From NCBI GenBank assembly GCA_027858965.1, contig JAQIBS010000018.1, positions 18,550 through 82,549 on the forward strand: a stretch of DNA of 64,000 nucleotides, read 5' to 3'. The notes under the pieces were generated by a model that worked only from the letters and a program-made list of their open reading frames with translations, had not been told where the DNA came from and did not search any database. Below are positions 58,613 to 64,000 of the stretch, one piece after another. The stretch comes from Kiritimatiellia bacterium. GTDB taxonomy: Bacteria > Verrucomicrobiota > Kiritimatiellia > RFP12 > UBA1067. The translations under genes were made by a program, and so were the position numbers. Position 1 is the stretch's first letter. Each line of letters begins with the position of its first letter.

Positions 58613-59977
58613 ATGGCTGGAAAATTTTGGTTTGGAAAGAGAAAGATTGGGGATAACTCCAATCAATGCGTTAGTGAGGCGGATAAAAAATCTGTTGTCG
58701 GTAGTGCTGTGATTAACAATGCTGTTTTTCCAACGGGTTTGAATGGCGAAAATGATATCGCCGAAGATGCATCAGGTTCGAGTTTGAATGTAGTTAAGAA
58801 AAATGTTGAGTCTGTAAAGAAAAAGATAGTTGAAGAGAAAAAGATAGTTGAAGAGAATAAGATGGTTGAAAAAAGTATACCTTCGCCACAAATTCATGAT
58901 AAACTGGATCTGGATGAAAAGGAAATACCTGTGAATCTTTCAAAAAATAGTAATTTAAAATTTTCGACACGCTCAATTCCTGGAGTGATTGATGGTGGAA
59001 GATCGGATGGACATCCAGTCTTAACTCCAGTCCGTAAGTCAGCTTCAGCTGCTCCTGTAAAACTCAAAAGTGTTTCTGTAAGAAATAAAGAAAAAGAACA
59101 GAGTGTTAAAGTTCAAGCAATTAAACCAACTACTTCGGCATTAAAAGTGATCAATAAAGAGCATAAGCCGGTATCTAATGAAGATCAGCCCAAATTCGGA
59201 TTACATTTGCGCAACAAGGAGGCTCCTGAAACCATTAGTAATAAAGAAGAGCGTTCAGTTGCTTCGTTGGATTATATAAAACCAAAGAGTGATCAGAGAG
59301 TGCTTTATTACCAGCTGATGAACGGTCTGTATGATGCAGTGCTGGTTCTGGATGACCATGGTAATGTGGTTGATTGCAATGACAGGGTGCTTAAGGTTCT
59401 GGGGTACTCCCGTGAAGATGCATGGGACTTGCCGATTAATAAGGTTATCAAGGGAATGAACAGTCGGATGTTTGCTCATTTAAAGAGAAATCTGTCGGAG
59501 AGTAATCAAGTTTTGATTACGGCACGTTGCAATAAGAGAAGTGGAGATTCGTTTAAGGGGGAGATTGGCGTGAGCACACTTTCCCTGACCCGAGAGGATA
59601 ATGTTGTTTTTGCCATTAGAAATGTAGAGCAGAGAAAAAGTGTTATGGCGGAGTTACGTAAGTCTTCCTCTGCATTCGAAGTGGCTTTGGTACCGGCTTT
59701 TGCCTGTAATCTGGAGGGGTACTTCTCGGTTGTGAACCAGTCGTTAATTGACGCGTTTGGGATTCCTGATGACAAAGAGGCAAAAAAAGTGCGTATTATT
59801 GAAATTCTGCCTGATGCTGTCAGGGCGTTTGCAAAGTCTGTTACAGGCGAAAAGGTGCATGAAAAAATTGTTGTCTCCACCGCTGAAGGTCAACAGGTTC
59901 AGGCTGAAATTTCTTTTGCGCCTATTATGAATGGCAGAGAGATTACCGGAGTTGCCGGTTCTATACTGCAACTATAG
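58613..59977 (+). CDS. PAS-domain protein (two PAS-like domains) with no output domain. N-terminal low-complexity region.
   Basis: 'YYQLMNGLYDAVLVLDDHGNVVDCNDRVLKVLGYSREDAWDLP' is PAS-like. In-frame 21-bp tandem repeat encoding KKIVEE. Confidence 0.45.
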   Translation: MAGKFWFGKRKIGDNSNQCVSEADKKSVVGSAVINNAVFPTGLNGENDIAEDASGSSLNVVKKNVESVKKKIVEEKKIVEENKMVEKSIPSPQIHDKLDLDEKEIPVNLSKNSNLKFSTRSIPGVIDGGRSDGHPVLTPVRKSASAAPVKLKSVSVRNKEKEQSVKVQAIKPTTSALKVINKEHKPVSNEDQPKFGLHLRNKEAPETISNKEERSVASLDYIKPKSDQRVLYYQLMNGLYDAVLVLDDHGNVVDCNDRVLKVLGYSREDAWDLPINKVIKGMNSRMFAHLKRNLSESNQVLITARCNKRSGDSFKGEIGVSTLSLTREDNVVFAIRNVEQRKSVMAELRKSSSAFEVALVPAFACNLEGYFSVVNQSLIDAFGIPDDKEAKKVRIIEILPDAVRAFAKSVTGEKVHEKIVVSTAEGQQVQAEISFAPIMNGREITGVAGSILQL

Positions 59978-60099
59978 TTGCTGTTCCGTCAACTTCTGCT
60001 ACAAAAAAAAGGGTCTTCCGCAGAATCTGTGGGTCAGAAAGTATTCCTGTGCCCCTGATTATGCTGAGGAGATTTGCGTGTAAGAGTAGGTGTACACGC

Positions 60100-60228
60100 A
60101 AATATCTCTTAATCTACGCCCAAAATATCTTGTTACGAGATAATCCTATACCATCACAACCGAGAAATACCGACAAAGACTACCGGAACACACGACATCC
60201 TGTGATCCGCAACGCCATATCTTGCCCA
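60100..60228 (+). repeat. Copy B of the about 128-bp repeat (copy A at 9152-9279).
   Basis: See 9152-9279. Confidence 0.75.
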
Positions 60229-60421
60229 TAGATTTAGCGGAAGAGGCAAAAAAAATAAGAATGTAAGGAATCCGACAAGAGCTTGTAGCGTTATTTTTTC
60301 CATGAGGATGCCTTTTCGGGTGTCCTTTTTTATCTCTGTTTTGGACTCTTCTATATTGACAAGAGTAGGGCTTAAAAGAGACAATAAAACCCTATTTTTC
60401 AACTGTTTGTGGAGATTGAGG

Positions 60422-61741
60422 ATGTTAGACAGAATTAATGATTTTCTGAAGTTCAATGGTTTGGATGTTGCGGGGATTGACCGTGAAGAGTTGCTGCGTA
60501 CTTTTGATCAGGAGATGACAGCCGGTCTGAAGGGGGAAGCCTCATCTTTGGCGATGATTCCCTCTTTTATATCCATTGATAAAAAGGTCAGAATCAACCA
60601 GCCGGTTGTCGTGCTGGATGCTGGTGGAACGAATCTCCGTACAGCTGTGGTTGAAATGAATGAAAAGGGCGTATGTAATATTGGTGAGTTTAAAAAACGT
60701 TCCATGCCCGGTACGGAAGAGGAACTTAATAATGATGAGTTCTTTAAAGCTTTTGCCGACTTTGTTACGCCCAACCTGACTGTCTCTAATCCGACAGTAG
60801 GTTTCTGCTTCTCCTATGCCGCTGAAATTACCCCGGATTGCGATGCGAAATTGCTTTATTGGTCCAAACAGATTATGGCTCCGGGTATTGTCGGAGAGCT
60901 GGTTGGCAGGGGGTTGAGTAATGAACTGGAGAAAGAGAATATTTCGCGCAGGTTTATTATTTTGAATGATACGGTTGCTACGTTGCTTGCTGGTAAAAGT
61001 TCCGGGGTTTCGCATAGCTATTCCGCGTATGTTGGTTTTATCCTGGGAACCGGCACTAACACTGCTTATGTTGAGAGTAACGCCAATATAACTAAACGAT
61101 CTGATTTGCAAGTCGGTGGTTCTATGGTCATTAATGTGGAGTCCGGCGGCTTTAAAAACATTAAGCAGTGTCGCTTTGATACACTGCTTGATCAGCGCAC
61201 AAATGATCCTGGTTCGTACACATTTGAGAAGATGATATCGGGTGCCTATCTCGGTCTTCTAGGGAGCGTAGTGCTGATTGAATCTGCCAAGGCGGGACTT
61301 TTCTCGGCAGCGGCTGCTGAACGTATTCTCGGCTGGGATGGAGAGGGTGGTAATTGGCAGCCCGTTGCCAATGCCGACCTGGATGATTTCTGCGGTGATA
61401 AACCTGATGATGATAATCCTTTCCTGGACCCGTCGTTCAGCGATGCTGATCGCGAGATTGTTAAAGCTCTCTGTACTCCGGTTTATGAAAGGGCGGCTGT
61501 GCTTGCGGCTGTTAATATTGCCTCGGCCATTATTAAAACCGGTGCTGGAAAAGATCAGAAATCTCCGGTGTGCGTAAATGTTGATGGATCAACATATTAC
61601 AAAACTCTTGCCGCTGATTTTCAGCAGAGAGTGCAGAATGAGCTCAAGGATCTCCTGGAAAACCGAGACATTGCCTATGAACTTGTGCGTGTAGATGATT
61701 CTCCTGTTATAGGCGCAGCTGTTGCTGGTCTGATGGTATGA
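60422..61741 (+). CDS. Hexokinase-family sugar kinase.
   Basis: 'VVLDAGGTNLRTAVV' (hexokinase LDLGGTNFR signature) and 'GTGTNTAYVE'. Start ATG 60422. Confidence 0.7.
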   Translation: MLDRINDFLKFNGLDVAGIDREELLRTFDQEMTAGLKGEASSLAMIPSFISIDKKVRINQPVVVLDAGGTNLRTAVVEMNEKGVCNIGEFKKRSMPGTEEELNNDEFFKAFADFVTPNLTVSNPTVGFCFSYAAEITPDCDAKLLYWSKQIMAPGIVGELVGRGLSNELEKENISRRFIILNDTVATLLAGKSSGVSHSYSAYVGFILGTGTNTAYVESNANITKRSDLQVGGSMVINVESGGFKNIKQCRFDTLLDQRTNDPGSYTFEKMISGAYLGLLGSVVLIESAKAGLFSAAAAERILGWDGEGGNWQPVANADLDDFCGDKPDDDNPFLDPSFSDADREIVKALCTPVYERAAVLAAVNIASAIIKTGAGKDQKSPVCVNVDGSTYYKTLAADFQQRVQNELKDLLENRDIAYELVRVDDSPVIGAAVAGLMV

Positions 61742-62130
61742 TATATTTAAAAAATATTTTTGTCATGGTTGCTGCTTTGGGTGTGCTCTCTGCTTTGAGC
61801 TCTGCTGCGGACTCTGCTGTTTTAAAAGATTCAAAGGTGAAGCAACATCAGGATTATCGGAAATTTCAGCAGAATATCTTAAACTATGTTAGACAGGGGG
61901 TACCTCTTTTCTGGGCCTGTTTTGTTGGCAAGTACCCGGAAAATCCAGATCTTGGTATAAATGGAACTTTGGGGCATATACGTTTGGTTATTGGAATTAA
62001 TCAAAAATCAAAAGAGGTGATTTATTCAGATTCATGGGGGCCGCGTCATGCGTTGAAACGTATGCCGATGGATGATGCCTGGGCCATGACATTTGGGTTA
62101 ACTGTTTTGAAACCGCGTGATGTGCGTTAA
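61738..62130 (+). CDS. Hypothetical small secreted protein.
   Basis: Signal peptide 'MVAALGVLSALSSAADSA'. Overlaps the hexokinase stop by 4 bp. Confidence 0.35.
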   Translation: MIYLKNIFVMVAALGVLSALSSAADSAVLKDSKVKQHQDYRKFQQNILNYVRQGVPLFWACFVGKYPENPDLGINGTLGHIRLVIGINQKSKEVIYSDSWGPRHALKRMPMDDAWAMTFGLTVLKPRDVR

Positions 62131-62183
62131 TGAGGAAGGACGAACCTTCCTTTTTTAAGAAATAGAGAAAAAATTTATTAGGA

Positions 62184-63632
62184 GTGATGATAATGAGTGA
62201 TCAAAAAGTATCAATGGCTGATTTCGAGAACTTGCTGGATCAGCAGTTAACTAACTACCGTAATGGCTTTGACCCCGGAGAACGTGTTAAAGGGGTTGTC
62301 TCCGAGGTTAAAGGGGCATATGTAACTCTCGAGGTAAATGCCAAACGCGAAGGGCTGATTCCTGTTGAGGATATGTTGACCAGCGAAGGTGATGTTTGTG
62401 TGCAGATTGGAGATATCGTTGATGTGATTTTTGCCGGTATGCAGAATGGCGCATTTTTGTTTACCACCAAAATCAGTTCGAAATCAGTCGTAGAGCGGAC
62501 TTTAATGGATGCTTACGGCCGGCAGATGCCTGTTGATGGGAAGGTTGAAAAAGAGGTTAACGGAGGTTATGAGATCTCAGTGCATGGACAGCGTGCTTTC
62601 TGCCCTTATTCGCAGATTAATCTCTTCCGTCAGGATGATGCCGTCTATGTCGGTAAAAACTTTATGTTTATGATCTCTGAGTATGACCATGATGATCGCG
62701 GAACCAATGTGATTGTCAGTCGTCGTCAGCTGATGGAGAAAGAGCGCGAAGCGCAGCGTCTTGAGTTGATTGAGGATCTATTTGAGGGGATGATTGCTCC
62801 TGGTACCGTCACCCGTATCATGGATTTTGGTGTCTTTGTTGATCTTGGTGGAGCTGAGGGATTAATTCCGTTGAGAGAGATCTCCTGGTCGAGAGGGGCA
62901 AAAATTGAAGATATTATAAAACCTGGCGATAAAATTGAGGTGGCAATTAAATCTCTCGACTGGGATGCCAATCGGATTTCGCTGAGCTTGCGTGGAGCAC
63001 AGGGTGATCCATGGGATGATGTTGCTTCCAAATATCCAGTAGGGACTATTTGCAATGGTGTTATCACTAAAGTTGAACGCTTTGGTGCTTTTGCCGAGAT
63101 TGGTGATGGCGTGGAAGGTCTTATTCCTATTAGTAAGCTTGGTAATGGACGTCGTTTGATGTCCGCTCGTGAGGTTGTTAGCGAGGGACAGGAATTAGAA
63201 CTACAGGTGGATGAAATTGATCTGGAACGCCGTCGGATTAGTCTGAAGCCGGTTGATCGTCGTATTGAGGCTCTTGACCCCGGAAAACTTTCTGTTGGAA
63301 GTACGGTTGAGGGGCTTGTTGAGTCGATTCAACCCTTTGGTGTTTTTGTGCGCCTATCTGAAAGTAAAACAGGGCTTTTACATATCAGCGAATCCGGAGT
63401 TTCTAAAGGTGGGAATCCTGTGGCAAAGCTGGAACTGAGTTTTCCGCCATCAGATAAGATCAAGGTGGTGGTGAAGTCTGTCGAGGGAGACCGCATTTCG
63501 TTGACCACCCCTTCAATCTGGGAGAGCCGCGGTAGCGGTGATGATGAAGTTAAACTCTCTGATTGGAAGAAATCGCAGAGTGGTGGTTCGTTTGGCTCAC
63601 TCGGCGGTGCCTTCGATGGGTTGGGTCTTTAG
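62184..63632 (+). CDS. S1 RNA-binding domain protein (four S1 domains, Gly-rich C-terminus). RpsA paralog.
   Basis: Repeated S1 domains ('GERVKGVVSEVKGAYVTLEV', 'GTVTRIMDFGVFVDL', ...). AGGAG RBS. The start could be 62187 or 62193. Confidence 0.65.
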   Translation: MMIMSDQKVSMADFENLLDQQLTNYRNGFDPGERVKGVVSEVKGAYVTLEVNAKREGLIPVEDMLTSEGDVCVQIGDIVDVIFAGMQNGAFLFTTKISSKSVVERTLMDAYGRQMPVDGKVEKEVNGGYEISVHGQRAFCPYSQINLFRQDDAVYVGKNFMFMISEYDHDDRGTNVIVSRRQLMEKEREAQRLELIEDLFEGMIAPGTVTRIMDFGVFVDLGGAEGLIPLREISWSRGAKIEDIIKPGDKIEVAIKSLDWDANRISLSLRGAQGDPWDDVASKYPVGTICNGVITKVERFGAFAEIGDGVEGLIPISKLGNGRRLMSAREVVSEGQELELQVDEIDLERRRISLKPVDRRIEALDPGKLSVGSTVEGLVESIQPFGVFVRLSESKTGLLHISESGVSKGGNPVAKLELSFPPSDKIKVVVKSVEGDRISLTTPSIWESRGSGDDEVKLSDWKKSQSGGSFGSLGGAFDGLGL

Positions 63633-63716
63633 CTCAGTAGGGGTGCTTGCGCCCCGGATTTAGCTCAGTAGGGGTGCTTGCGCCCCGGATTTTGCTCAGT
63701 AGGGGTGCTTGCGCCC
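63633..63716 (+). repeat. Tandem 29-bp repeat x2.9 (agctcagtaggggtgcttgcgccccggattt), each unit a short hairpin.
   Basis: Seen directly. Confidence 0.8.
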
Positions 63717-63729
63717 TTAAATTTTACCC

Positions 63730-64000
63730 TTACATTTCAAAAAATGAGTCAATCAAATGCCGGGCGATACTAACCTTTGAGGGTATGCGAGGCAGCTCAT
63801 CTTTTGTGAACCATTGTGCCTCTGCAATCTCGTCACCGTCTGGTGTGATTTCGCCGGAGTCATACTCTGCGTAGAAGCCTACCATCAGGTTGTTAGGAAA
63901 GGGCCACTGCTGGCTGCTGATGTAACGAATGTTCCTGACCTTTAAACCGACCTCTTCAGTGATTTCCCGCTGCACAGCCTCTTCCAGAGGCTCTCCGGCT
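63730..64000 (-). CDS. NUDIX hydrolase (NudC-like), C-terminal part. The gene continues beyond the window end.
   Basis: Nudix box 'REITEEVGL'. The ORF is open to position 64000. Confidence 0.65.
   Translation of the reverse strand, partial: AGEPLEEAVQREITEEVGLKVRNIRYISSQQWPFPNNLMVGFYAEYDSGEITPDGDEIAEAQWFTKDELPRIPSKVSIARHLIDSFFEM

Noticed and set aside
9152-60228. 51-kb genomic island delimited by the 128-bp direct repeats
   Set aside because: The interval contains core genes (rpsA, tyrS) and no integrase or other mobility genes. The repeats abut unrelated gene ends, so att-site duplication is unlikely.
63633-63716. Possible CRISPR array or tRNA gene
   Set aside because: The repeats are directly contiguous with no spacers, so this is not a CRISPR. 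'TAGCTCAGT' is only a D-arm-like string, with no acceptor, anticodon or T arms.
63647-63874. 75-aa ORF overlapping the tandem hairpin repeats and the NUDIX gene 3' end
   Set aside because: It overlaps a well-supported NUDIX CDS on the opposite strand and is encoded partly by the repeats. Spurious.

Overview
This 64-kb window looks like chromosomal DNA from a glycan-foraging bacterium. Several giant secreted proteins carry autotransporter-associated beta-strand (PATR-like) repeats ('GTLTLSG.NTYSG.TTV..GTL.L'), and there are many secreted glycoside hydrolases. My inference is a member of the PVC superphylum (Verrucomicrobia / Lentisphaerae / Kiritimatiellae-like); that is not proven from sequence alone. 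I found no rRNA, tRNA or CRISPR. Gene content in order: two convergent PATR surface-protein genes; a GH31 hydrolase; a GreA-like / DUF4184-like / LmbE-type deacetylase trio; a decayed, promoterless partial copy of a PATR gene lying directly upstream of its full-length paralog, whose promoter carries a (GTTGCA)5 repeat; a GH29 fucosidase; a Hanks-type Ser/Thr kinase; BNR/sialidase proteins; GH5-like, GH16, beta-helix and LamG-GH enzymes under an apparent XylR-type AraC regulator; a tandem pair of unknown two-domain secreted paralogs; a sugar-acid module (SDR, MFS, enolase-superfamily dehydratase, PhoD-like phosphatase) bracketed by about 130-bp inverted repeats; a DUF318 permease; hemerythrin and rubrerythrin; a decayed region with Gfo/Idh/MocA (GH109-like) fragments and a small cbiX; rpsA and tyrS; an Fe-S protein; a sialidase plus NanA-like lyase; an HU-domain/zinc-ribbon fusion; a PAS protein; a hexokinase; a second S1-domain protein; and a partial NUDIX gene. 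Things worth a second look: (1) a conserved C-terminal heptapeptide G-T-x-I-x-V-[RHQY]-stop shared by six secreted proteins, which could be an undescribed sorting signal; (2) the silent-cassette plus promoter-repeat arrangement at the PATR gene, which could be a phase/antigenic-variation locus; (3) at least seven families of short intergenic repeats and hairpins recurring across the window, including candidate operator motifs for the XylR-like regulator.
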